31,915 nucleotides of DNA from a virus (lineage: Duplodnaviria; Caudoviricetes): positions 1 through 31,915 of the IMG/VR virus record IMGVR_UViG_3300012527_000046, one strand, 5' to 3'. Position numbers and translations under genes: made by a program. The first letter of the stretch is position 1. Every line of letters starts with the position of its first letter. Below are positions 1-7,637 of this stretch, piece after piece. The notes beneath the pieces are model-generated. The model was given only the letters and a program-made list of their open reading frames with translations. It did not search any database and was not told where the DNA came from.

Positions 1-141
1 CCCCAAGAATCGGGGGGCTTTGGCAGCCTCCCAGCAGGCGCCTACCCCTACCACCACCCTTCAAGGGGCAAGGCACCGAACGGGGCTCCCGAAGCCACAG
101 ACCGAGGCCACACCCCAGCGGGGCTGCTTCTCGCAGCGATC

Positions 142-669
142 GTGGTTGTCGTCCTCTGCCTCGCGGCTTCGTACGAGCCCACACCGGTTAGGGCGGCGAG
201 TCCTGTTCCCCTCACACAGCAGGGCTCGCCGCTCGACACCACCCCCACGTGCAATCCAGTTCGTACGACGGTGAAGGGAACTCGCGCCACCCGCCACCAA
301 CGCCAGATGATCCACCGCATCCTCACCGTGGGACGCAACCGGCACATGCCCAACAAGGTGATGCGCGCGAGCCTCGCCGCCGCCACCCAAGAATCCAACC
401 TCGAGAACCAGCGCGGTGGGCACGGCTCCAGCGCGGGCCTGTTCCAACTCATCGCAACATGGGGACCGCTCCACAAGCGCCGTAACCCCGAGTACTCAGC
501 GCGCTGGTTCTACCGCAACGCGATCACGGTGTACCGCCGCAACCCAGCGACCTCCATCAACGACCTCGCCCAAGCGGTAGAACGCAGCGCCCACCCCCGC
601 GCCTACGGACAGTGGACACGTGAAGCGACCCGCACGTATCGCAAGTGGCTCAAGGGGTGCGCCGCGTGA
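142..669 (+). CDS. Secreted/membrane-anchored lytic transglycosylase (lysozyme-like fold)
   Basis: QESNL...SSAGLFQL resembles the catalytic E-S and G-L-F-Q motifs of actinobacterial SLT-like hydrolases, followed by LAQAVERSAHP; hydrophobic N-terminus. The frame is open back to base 1, so the start is uncertain. Confidence 0.65.
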   Translation: MVVVLCLAASYEPTPVRAASPVPLTQQGSPLDTTPTCNPVRTTVKGTRATRHQRQMIHRILTVGRNRHMPNKVMRASLAAATQESNLENQRGGHGSSAGLFQLIATWGPLHKRRNPEYSARWFYRNAITVYRRNPATSINDLAQAVERSAHPRAYGQWTREATRTYRKWLKGCAA

Positions 670-839
670 GTTTGTTCGTGTGCCCCGAATGCCACCAAAC
701 ACACGACAACTGCGACTGCCCCACCTCCGTGCGGAAGCACACACCTTTAAAACCACTGCGCGCGATCCTGCCGCAGCCATGCGACCAGTGCGGCCAACTC
801 GTGGGGGAGTGCAAGTGCCAGACCAACAACGCAGCGTAA
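666..839 (+). CDS. Small Cys-rich (Zn-finger-like) protein
   Basis: GTGA overlap with the previous stop; CPEC..NCDC..CDQC..ECKC. Confidence 0.55.
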   Translation: MSLFVCPECHQTHDNCDCPTSVRKHTPLKPLRAILPQPCDQCGQLVGECKCQTNNAA

Positions 840-844
840 GCGGG

Positions 845-1018
845 GTGTGGTGTGCGGTGGTACTGATCGCCGCGGCGTGGCTCGCTTATGTCACGTTCGC
901 GGCGGTGTTCGTGCTCGACGCGATCGCAGCGCACCGCCAAGCCCAAGCGGACAGCGTCCTCCGACACGCAGGGCTCCTCCTGACCGAAGGGGATGAGGCG
1001 GATGAGTACGGTGTGTGA
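845..1018 (+). CDS. Small membrane protein
   Basis: Long hydrophobic helix (VVLIAAAWLAYVTFAAVFVL); fills the gap between adjacent genes. Confidence 0.45.
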   Translation: MWCAVVLIAAAWLAYVTFAAVFVLDAIAAHRQAQADSVLRHAGLLLTEGDEADEYGV

Positions 1019-1247
1019 CGACCAAGCCCGCCTCATAACCGCAGGGTGGCGGAAGCTGCGCAGTGGCAAGTGGACACACCAATGCCTCCAAGTACAAGCC
1101 GGACGCCGCCGCCCGTTCAGCGAAGCGCAAGCGCTCACCCTTCTCAGCGCAGAGGACCCCGCACCCGAATCCGTCCCATGCCCCGACTGCGGCGCCTACG
1201 AGTGCCCCAACGCGCAACACCCAACAAGCGGGAGTGTGAACGCATGA
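1002..1247 (+). CDS. Hypothetical protein with C-terminal CxxC..C Zn ribbon
   Basis: GAGG upstream of the ATG; CPDCGAYEC; ATGA overlap with the next gene. Confidence 0.5.
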   Translation: MSTVCDDQARLITAGWRKLRSGKWTHQCLQVQAGRRRPFSEAQALTLLSAEDPAPESVPCPDCGAYECPNAQHPTSGSVNA

Positions 1248-1360
1248 GCCAGATCGGGTGGGCGCTAGCAGACGCCAAAATCCTCCAGCAGATCGCCGAC
1301 GCACTCAACCGCATCGCCAACGCACTCGAAGCGTCAGCGAAGCGGCAGGCAGGCGAGTGA
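1244..1360 (+). CDS. Small helical protein (38 aa)
   Basis: GGGAG SD, ATGA overlap upstream, TGATG overlap downstream; LQQIADALNRIANALE. Confidence 0.5.
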   Translation: MSQIGWALADAKILQQIADALNRIANALEASAKRQAGE

Positions 1361-1662
1361 TGCACCTCTCACTAGCCGTGCAACTACCCGGGGGGGACAG
1401 CACCGTGGAACCACCACACCAAGAGCGGATGCCACGGAGAGCCCTACGCGCCGACAAAGACGAACTAGAAGCATGGCTCAACTCGCGCACCCCCGCCGAA
1501 CGCCGCCAACTCGCAGGCCAAGCACTCGCATACGCCCTCGGCCTATCAGAGTTCGGAGGACGCTCAGTGATCAGCCGCATCCGCCGACTCCAAACATACG
1601 GGCTCCAGGAGCGCTACATCCTGATGATGCTCGACGCACGCCGCAGACAGGACACCAAGTGA
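1360..1662 (+). CDS. Putative HTH transcription regulator (sigma region-4/LuxR-like); candidate late activator
   Basis: TPAERRQL..ALAYALGLSEFGGRSVISRIRR resembles the region-4 HTH pattern; lies immediately upstream of HNH-terS. Confidence 0.45.
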   Translation: MHLSLAVQLPGGDSTVEPPHQERMPRRALRADKDELEAWLNSRTPAERRQLAGQALAYALGLSEFGGRSVISRIRRLQTYGLQERYILMMLDARRRQDTK

Positions 1663-1967
1663 CACGCCGCGGAATGTGCATCGGATGCCACCGCCCCCAA
1701 GTCATCGTACGCCGCGGCCGCTGCGCCGCGTGCATCAAACCCCTGGACGCAACCGAGAACACCGAACGGCGCAAGGTCTACGACTCCGAATGGCGCAAGC
1801 TCAGCGCCCGCACCCTCGCCAAACACCGCCTCGAACACGGCAACTGGTGCCCCGTATGTGGTGACGCCCCCGCCGACCTCACCGTAGATCACATACTCGC
1901 CCGCAGCCTCGAACACGGAGTACAGGTCTGCTGCCGATCCTGTAACTCCTCCAAGGGCAACCGCTGA
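1659..1967 (+). CDS. HNH endonuclease (packaging-associated type)
   Basis: VYDSEWRKL..CPVCG..TVDHI..CCRSCNSSKG; GTGA overlap; located upstream of the terminase. Confidence 0.8.
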   Translation: MTRRGMCIGCHRPQVIVRRGRCAACIKPLDATENTERRKVYDSEWRKLSARTLAKHRLEHGNWCPVCGDAPADLTVDHILARSLEHGVQVCCRSCNSSKGNR

Positions 1968-1972
1968 AACCC

Positions 1973-2485
1973 ATGCGCCGTTGTCCCAAATGCCAACAGA
2001 ACAAGCCCGAAGCTACCGACTGGTACACAACCAACCGCACAGCATGTAAACAATGCATCCGAGAACGCAGACGCGCGCGATACGCAGCCAACAAGGACCG
2101 CGATCGCGCTTACATGGCGCAGTACCGAGACGCGAACCGTGAACGGATACACGCCACACAAGCGAAGTACCGCGTAGCAAACGCTGACAAGATCCGCGCG
2201 TACCACGCCAAACACAATTGGCGATATAGATCAGAGCGCAGGGCAAGAGAGCGAAACGCGCATAGAGTGGAACGCTTCGACAGAGCCGAGATCATCGAAC
2301 GTGATGGCCAGCGATGCCACCTATGTGGGAAGCGCGTACCACTCAAGGACATTCACCTTGACCACCTAGTGCCGCTCAGCAAGGGAGGGGCACACGCCCC
2401 CGACAACATCGCCGTGGCACACAGCACGTGCAACCTCCGGCGGCACGCAGGGAAAACGCCGGCTCAGCTGCGCCTCATCGGGTAG
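1973..2485 (+). CDS. HNH endonuclease with N-terminal Zn finger and charged helix
   Basis: CPKC..CKQC; RDGQRCHLCG..HLDHLVPLSKGGAH..NIAVAHSTCN. Confidence 0.85.
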   Translation: MRRCPKCQQNKPEATDWYTTNRTACKQCIRERRRARYAANKDRDRAYMAQYRDANRERIHATQAKYRVANADKIRAYHAKHNWRYRSERRARERNAHRVERFDRAEIIERDGQRCHLCGKRVPLKDIHLDHLVPLSKGGAHAPDNIAVAHSTCNLRRHAGKTPAQLRLIG

Positions 2486-2575
2486 ATACCCGGTACCCCG
2501 TACCACCATGAACGCTAGACACGTCAAACATACGCCTAGCCCGCTTTGTGCGCCGTCAGTTGCCGAGTGTTTTTG

Positions 2576-2598
2576 GTTCTGCACGGCTTCTAGCCTTT
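2576..2598 (+). promoter_or_regulatory. Late-module motif copy 1 (GTTCTGCAC-N6-TAGCCTTT)
   Basis: Repeated motif; TAGCCT lies 7 nt before the terS ATG. Confidence 0.75.
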
Positions 2599-2603
2599 GA
2601 GGT

Positions 2604-3089
2604 ATGGCTAGGGCCCCGAAATCGCGTGAGCAGTTGGAAGCTGAGGGTACGTTTCGCCCGGATCGGCACGCTGGGCGGGGGGTTGATGGGGTTGAGGGCG
2701 AGCTCGCGCCTCCTCCACACTTCGATGGTGCTCAGGTGGCGGTGTGGCGTGAGGTTCATTCGATGTGTGTGGTGTGGGTGACCCCTTCGGATGCGATCGC
2801 TGTTGAGGCTGCGGCGTTGGCGTTGTATTGGTACCGCAAGGCCGCGAAGGCTCTCGACGAGTCGGGGTTGTCGCATGAGACGAACTATGGGCAGAGCATC
2901 ACTCCGGCGTGGAAGGTGATGCGCCAGGCGGGTGAGGACTTGCGGAAGTACTCGGGGCTGCTGGGGTTGTCGCCTGCTGATCGCGCTCGCCTCACGGTTG
3001 GTGGGGTGGAGGACGATTCGGATGCTGGTTTTCAGGGGGAGACGGTGAATATTCTCCATGCCGTTGGCGGCTTGAAGCCGATGGAGTAG
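2604..3089 (+). CDS. terS: Terminase small subunit (P27 family)
   Basis: GTFRPDRH, PPPHF, C-terminal LGLSPADRARL; directly before terL. Confidence 0.9.
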   Translation: MARAPKSREQLEAEGTFRPDRHAGRGVDGVEGELAPPPHFDGAQVAVWREVHSMCVVWVTPSDAIAVEAAALALYWYRKAAKALDESGLSHETNYGQSITPAWKVMRQAGEDLRKYSGLLGLSPADRARLTVGGVEDDSDAGFQGETVNILHAVGGLKPME

Positions 3090-3093
3090 CGGG

Positions 3094-4578
3094 TTGGCGC
3101 GCTACGCAACGATGGGTCCGGCGGTTCGTGAGTGGATTAGTCGGAACATGCGGCAGACGAAGGGGCGTTGGGCGGGGAAGCCGATTGAGTGGGCGCCGTT
3201 TCAGGTGGCTTATCTCGATGAGCTCTATCTGATTGATATGCGTACGAACCTTCGGGTGTATACGAGTAGCTTGCTTGGGCTTCCCAAGAAGAATGGCAAG
3301 AGTACCCAGGCAGCGGGTGAGGCGCTTCACGGGTTGTGTGCTGATCTGAACCTGAGTGATGGGCGCATTGAGCCGTCCCCCGAGGTGTATCTGGGGGCTA
3401 AGAGCCGGGATCAGGCGGGTGCTGTGTTCCGTCAGGCGTCCCAGTTTGTGAAGGCGTCCCCGCGGTTGAGTAAGCAGTTGCGGACGTTCACGAACACGAT
3501 CACCGCCCCGGAGCATGGGGAGGGTGCGTTCCTCAAGGCGATGAGTGGTGAGGCGGGTACCGCGCACGGTATCAACCTTAGCCGCGGTGTGATTGACGAG
3601 CTCCATGAGCACCCGGATGACAAGCTCGTGAACGTGTTCGAGCAGTCGGGTGAGGCGCGGGAGCAGCCGCTCGTGTCGATCATCACCCACGCGGGTTATG
3701 ACGAGGACGGTGTACTCGGGGAGCGGTACCACAAGTTCATGGGGCACGCGGATCTGGAGAACCCGGAGCGTGGTTTGTGGATTGTTCGTGACCGCGAGGT
3801 GGGTGAGTTGTTCTGGTGGTACGGCGCGGATGCGAAGCAGGATGACCCAGCGGATCCCGAGACGTGGATGATGACGAACCCCGCTCCGTGGATCACTGAG
3901 GAGCGTATGGCTCGAGCGTTCGCGAAAACGAAGCTCGCCAACTTCCAGCGATTTCGCCTGAATATGTGGGTGAACGTTGAATCGTCGTTCCTCGATACGG
4001 GGTTGTGGGCGAGCCTGCGGGACGACCTCGCTTCGCGGTTTCAGAAGGGGGAGAAGGTGTGGGCTGGTGTGGATATCGCACTCCGGCACGATAACTCTGC
4101 GGTGGTGCTCGCGGCGCCTACGGGCGATGGGCGTATCAAGTTCAAGGCGTTCGTGTTCGAGCATGAGGAGGGCCGGCGGTCGATGAAGCAGCGCGCTATG
4201 TCGTGCCTTCGCCAGATCCGCCAGGACTACGACCTCGTGGATGTCGCCTATGACCAGGCGTACTTCCAGGACGAAGCGCATGAGCTCGAGGACGGGGGGA
4301 TGCCGATGGTTCAGTACGGGCAGGGCACCACGATGACGAAAGCAACGCAGCACTTCTACCAGGACGCGAAGGATCAGAAGCTCTGCCACGATGGGGACCA
4401 GGTGTTGTCGCGTCACATTGGGAACGCTGTGGTGCGTGAGACCGAGGCGGGGCAGCGCATCACGAAGAAGTCGAAGTCCTCGAAGAAGAAGATCGACGCT
4501 GCGGTGGCGGCGATCATGGCGCGCGAACTGTGCGCGGTGTCCGCTTCGCAGCCGAAGTTCAAGGCGTTCTGGGCGTAG
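3094..4578 (+). CDS. terL: Terminase large subunit (HK97/Terminase_1-like)
   Basis: Walker A PKKNGKST, Walker B VIDELHEH, nuclease GVDIA..D and KIDAAVA. Confidence 0.95.
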   Translation: MARYATMGPAVREWISRNMRQTKGRWAGKPIEWAPFQVAYLDELYLIDMRTNLRVYTSSLLGLPKKNGKSTQAAGEALHGLCADLNLSDGRIEPSPEVYLGAKSRDQAGAVFRQASQFVKASPRLSKQLRTFTNTITAPEHGEGAFLKAMSGEAGTAHGINLSRGVIDELHEHPDDKLVNVFEQSGEAREQPLVSIITHAGYDEDGVLGERYHKFMGHADLENPERGLWIVRDREVGELFWWYGADAKQDDPADPETWMMTNPAPWITEERMARAFAKTKLANFQRFRLNMWVNVESSFLDTGLWASLRDDLASRFQKGEKVWAGVDIALRHDNSAVVLAAPTGDGRIKFKAFVFEHEEGRRSMKQRAMSCLRQIRQDYDLVDVAYDQAYFQDEAHELEDGGMPMVQYGQGTTMTKATQHFYQDAKDQKLCHDGDQVLSRHIGNAVVRETEAGQRITKKSKSSKKKIDAAVAAIMARELCAVSASQPKFKAFWA

Positions 4579-4584
4579 GGCGGT

Positions 4585-4607
4585 GTTCTGCACAGGTCAT
4601 AGCCTTT
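4585..4607 (+). promoter_or_regulatory. Late-module motif copy 2
   Basis: GTTCTGCAC-AGGTCA-TAGCCTTT; TAGCCT lies 6 nt before ATG 4612. Confidence 0.75.
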
Positions 4608-4611
4608 AGGC

Positions 4612-4851
4612 ATGTTCCGCCGCCGTGGTTTGCCGCTTCTGATTAGCCGCCGGGTTCTCGTCCATACGAAGGACGGGGTTACCACGGAGGGTGTGCTCGT
4701 GGGCTCGTACGTGGATTGTGTGGTGATCCGTCACGGGCGTGAGCATCAGGGCGTTGGTGATCCGTTGCCGCTTGATGGGGATCGCACGATTCTGTGTGGG
4801 AACGTGTCCACGATTGACGCTGTGCCTGGCGCGAGTGGGGCGGTGGTGTAG
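4612..4851 (+). CDS. Small hypothetical protein between terL and portal
   Basis: ORF fills the gap and overlaps the portal start by 1 nt; beta-rich (RVLVHTKDGVTTEGVL). Confidence 0.7.
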   Translation: MFRRRGLPLLISRRVLVHTKDGVTTEGVLVGSYVDCVVIRHGREHQGVGDPLPLDGDRTILCGNVSTIDAVPGASGAVV

Positions 4852-7475
4852 TGCCCCGCGTTCTCTCGAGCGGTGGTAACCGCACGCTGGTGGAGTCCTT
4901 CGACACGCGTAGCGATACGTTCGCTTCGTTCGGTAGCCGCCGGGGTCCGGTGTCGGACTTGGGTTTGTCTCCGATGGGGGTGTACCGGTCCCAGGTGTGG
5001 GTGCGTGCGTGCGTTGACACGCTCGCGTTGGGGCAGAGCATGTTGCCTCTCAAGACGTATGAGCGCAGCGCGGACGGGGACGACAGGAAGCGCGTGCGGG
5101 CGGATGATTCCAGCCTCGCTGAGCTCTTGTTCAACCCTGTTCCGGGGAAGATGTCCACGATGGATTTGGTGGAGTTCATCGAGTCGGACCTCGGGATCTA
5201 TAACCAGGCAGCTGCTGTTTTGAGTCGCCCCCAGATTGGTGCGGAGCCCGACGCGATCATCCCACTGTCCTGGGAGCGTTTGCACCGCCACAACCAGCGT
5301 TGGCTTTACATGGTGCCGGGCGAGGGCAGTTACGAACTCCGCGGGGAGGACATCGTTTTCTGGAAGTACTACCGCGGCGTTTCGCCCATTGAGACGCTCG
5401 CGGACACGTTGCGGCTCGAGTACCACGCAAAGACGTATAGCGCCGCGAGTTTTGAGAATGGCGTGCGTCCCTCTGGTGCGTTGATTGTGCCGAGTATCAA
5501 GAGTGAGGAGCAGCAGAAGGACCTCCAGATGATGCTCGACTCGCGGCACGCGGGTAGCGCGAACAACTTCCGCGCGCTGGTACTGACGGGGGACGCGGAC
5601 TGGAAATCTTTCAACCACACCGCGAAGGACGCCGAACTCGTTGGGCTGCGGATGCTTAATCGCAACGAGTGCGCTACCGCCTGGCGCATCGCGCCGCCAC
5701 TGATCGGCATCCTCGATAACGCCACGTACTGCCTTCCGGGCCGAGTTCCGGTGTTCACCGAGGACGGTCCGAGGTCTATAGCCGATGTGCGCCCGGGTGA
5801 TCGTGTGTGGAGCCTCGGGGAGAACGGGCCACAGTTGCAGCCGGTAACGGCGTGTGCGGAAAGTGGCACAGACGAGATACTCAAGATCCGTACGACGAAC
5901 CGGACGTTGTACTCCAACGAGCGCCACCGTGTGCTGGTGCGTAGGCGTGTGGAGACGACGGGCGATGTTCGCCCGAATCGTTGGCGCTACAAGATCGAGC
6001 ACGCATATGTCCCGGCAGGGGAGTTGCGGGTCGGAGATGTTGTGGTCACGCTGGCCTCGACTGAGCACGGAACCGGTTCCCACTCGGATGCGTCCGTGGG
6101 GCTAATGGAGCTCTTCGGTCTTTATCTGGGGGACGGCAACCTGACCAAGAGGACCGATGGGCAGCCCACGGGTTTCTGTATCTCAAGGGCCGCTAGTGCG
6201 ACTTATATGGATCACTACCGCGACATCATGCGGCGGGAGTTTCGGCAGCGCGGGGGCCGCGAGATCACGGTGCAGGAACAGGAACGAGCGACCCGCGTTT
6301 CCTCAGTTGCGGCTGGGAGGATGCTTGTTGATCTTGGGTTTGGAGGCACTGCCCACACGAAGCGCGTTCCCGGCTGGGTGTTCGGAGCGACGGAGGAGCA
6401 GAAGCTAGCTTTCCTTCGGGGGTTCGTGGACGCGGATGGGTCGGTAGACAAGAAGGGGCGAATATCGGTTCACTCGTGCAATGAGTGGTTGCTCCACGAC
6501 TTGCGCCACCTGTTTATGTCTCTCGGCGTCCCGGTTACCAACGTTCGTAACCAGGTGGGCCGCGTGAAGCTACCTAACGGTGAGATGTTTGATTCGTCCA
6601 TGTGGGCGTTCACGGCTTCCGATCCTGGTGCTAATCGTCGGATCGGGTCCAACACACCGGAGGACGCGAGGCGAATTGTTGATGGCAAGCCGTTCGGGCG
6701 TAAGGACCGCAAATACCCGCTCAACACGAGTGGGCGTGTCAGTGAACCGCCCCCGGGGTGTGCCTACTCGAAAATCGCCGGCATCGACCGGTTGCCCTCC
6801 GAGCCGGTATACGACTTGCAGGTGGACGGTACGGAGAACTTCATCGCGGATGGCGTTGTTGTTCACAACTCGAACATCGATACTCAGTACAAGATGCACT
6901 TCCGGATTACGCTGGGTCCGCGGATTAAGAAGTTTGAGGAGACCCTCCGTGTTCAGTTGATTCAGAGGGAACCCAGGTGGCGCACGAAGCGATTGTTCGC
7001 TGAGTTCGATATGGACGCTGTGCTTCGTGCTTCGCTCGCTGAGCGCGCTGAGGCGTACACCAAGATGATCCAGGTGGGTTACACCATCAATGGGATCCGC
7101 AAGCTCGAGAACATGCCCGCGCTTGAGCACCCGCTGGCGGATACGGCGTTCTTTCCCGTGAACCTTCGCCCTGTGAGTGACCAGGCGTTCGAGCTCGGTG
7201 GGACCCCCACTGATGGTCGCAATCCGATGGGGGAGGACGACATCAAGAACCTTGTGGGTGAGGTTCTCGATGGGCGTGTGCCGGTGAAGTCTGTGTCGTT
7301 TGATTCGAGTTTGCTTGAGGCGAAGGTTGATGCGATCTCGGAGCGTGAGCCGGTGACGGTGAATGTGACGCTTCCTGAGATCCACAACCATGTTGCGAAA
7401 GCCTCTCACCCTGCGCGGGCGCGTTCTCGGCGTGAGGCTGATGGCACGATGGTTGTCGAGTACGAGCAGGAGTAG
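4851..7475 (+). CDS. HK97-family portal protein containing an intein (494 aa after splicing)
   Basis: VRACVDTLA, LPLKTY, GVSPI, FENGVRPSG, ATY|SNI, TINGIRKLENM portal motifs. Confidence 0.92.
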   Translation: MPRVLSSGGNRTLVESFDTRSDTFASFGSRRGPVSDLGLSPMGVYRSQVWVRACVDTLALGQSMLPLKTYERSADGDDRKRVRADDSSLAELLFNPVPGKMSTMDLVEFIESDLGIYNQAAAVLSRPQIGAEPDAIIPLSWERLHRHNQRWLYMVPGEGSYELRGEDIVFWKYYRGVSPIETLADTLRLEYHAKTYSAASFENGVRPSGALIVPSIKSEEQQKDLQMMLDSRHAGSANNFRALVLTGDADWKSFNHTAKDAELVGLRMLNRNECATAWRIAPPLIGILDNATYCLPGRVPVFTEDGPRSIADVRPGDRVWSLGENGPQLQPVTACAESGTDEILKIRTTNRTLYSNERHRVLVRRRVETTGDVRPNRWRYKIEHAYVPAGELRVGDVVVTLASTEHGTGSHSDASVGLMELFGLYLGDGNLTKRTDGQPTGFCISRAASATYMDHYRDIMRREFRQRGGREITVQEQERATRVSSVAAGRMLVDLGFGGTAHTKRVPGWVFGATEEQKLAFLRGFVDADGSVDKKGRISVHSCNEWLLHDLRHLFMSLGVPVTNVRNQVGRVKLPNGEMFDSSMWAFTASDPGANRRIGSNTPEDARRIVDGKPFGRKDRKYPLNTSGRVSEPPPGCAYSKIAGIDRLPSEPVYDLQVDGTENFIADGVVVHNSNIDTQYKMHFRITLGPRIKKFEETLRVQLIQREPRWRTKRLFAEFDMDAVLRASLAERAEAYTKMIQVGYTINGIRKLENMPALEHPLADTAFFPVNLRPVSDQAFELGGTPTDGRNPMGEDDIKNLVGEVLDGRVPVKSVSFDSSLLEAKVDAISEREPVTVNVTLPEIHNHVAKASHPARARSRREADGTMVVEYEQE
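5730..6869 (+). mobile_element. Intein with LAGLIDADG homing endonuclease (380 aa)
   Basis: Starts CLPGRVPV, ends VYDLQV..NFIADGVVVHN followed by Ser+1; LFGLYLGDG and FLRGFVDADG motifs. Confidence 0.95.
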
Positions 7476-7478
7476 ACG

Positions 7479-7637
7479 ATGGCGAACGCGCTCTACACCA
7501 AAGCGAAGGAGAACCTTCTCCGTGGTGCGGTCAACCTCGAGGGTGGGGTGGTGAAGGCGGCGCGGGTGGCACGCTCGCGGGGGGTGGTGGTGGTGGTGGT
7601 GGTGCGTTCTCGAAAAAGACCGCAGCGCTCGCCGTGA
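7479..7637 (+). pseudogene. Truncated/chimeric phage structural gene (MANALY..VKAA, then out-of-frame junction)
   Basis: GGAG SD; the first ~28 aa look like a natural phage protein, then the frame reads RVARSRGVVVVVVV while the -1 frame reads a glycine-rich domain. Confidence 0.55.

Noticed and set aside
1-141. c-di-AMP (ydaO) riboswitch upstream of the wall hydrolase
   Set aside because: The context is suggestive, but I could not match the conserved ydaO blocks, and the region is truncated by the window edge.
2992-7409. Long minus-strand ORFs (533, 445, 279 aa, and similar ones opposite other genes)
   Set aside because: They are antisense shadows of clear plus-strand genes in high-GC DNA and show no recognisable motifs.
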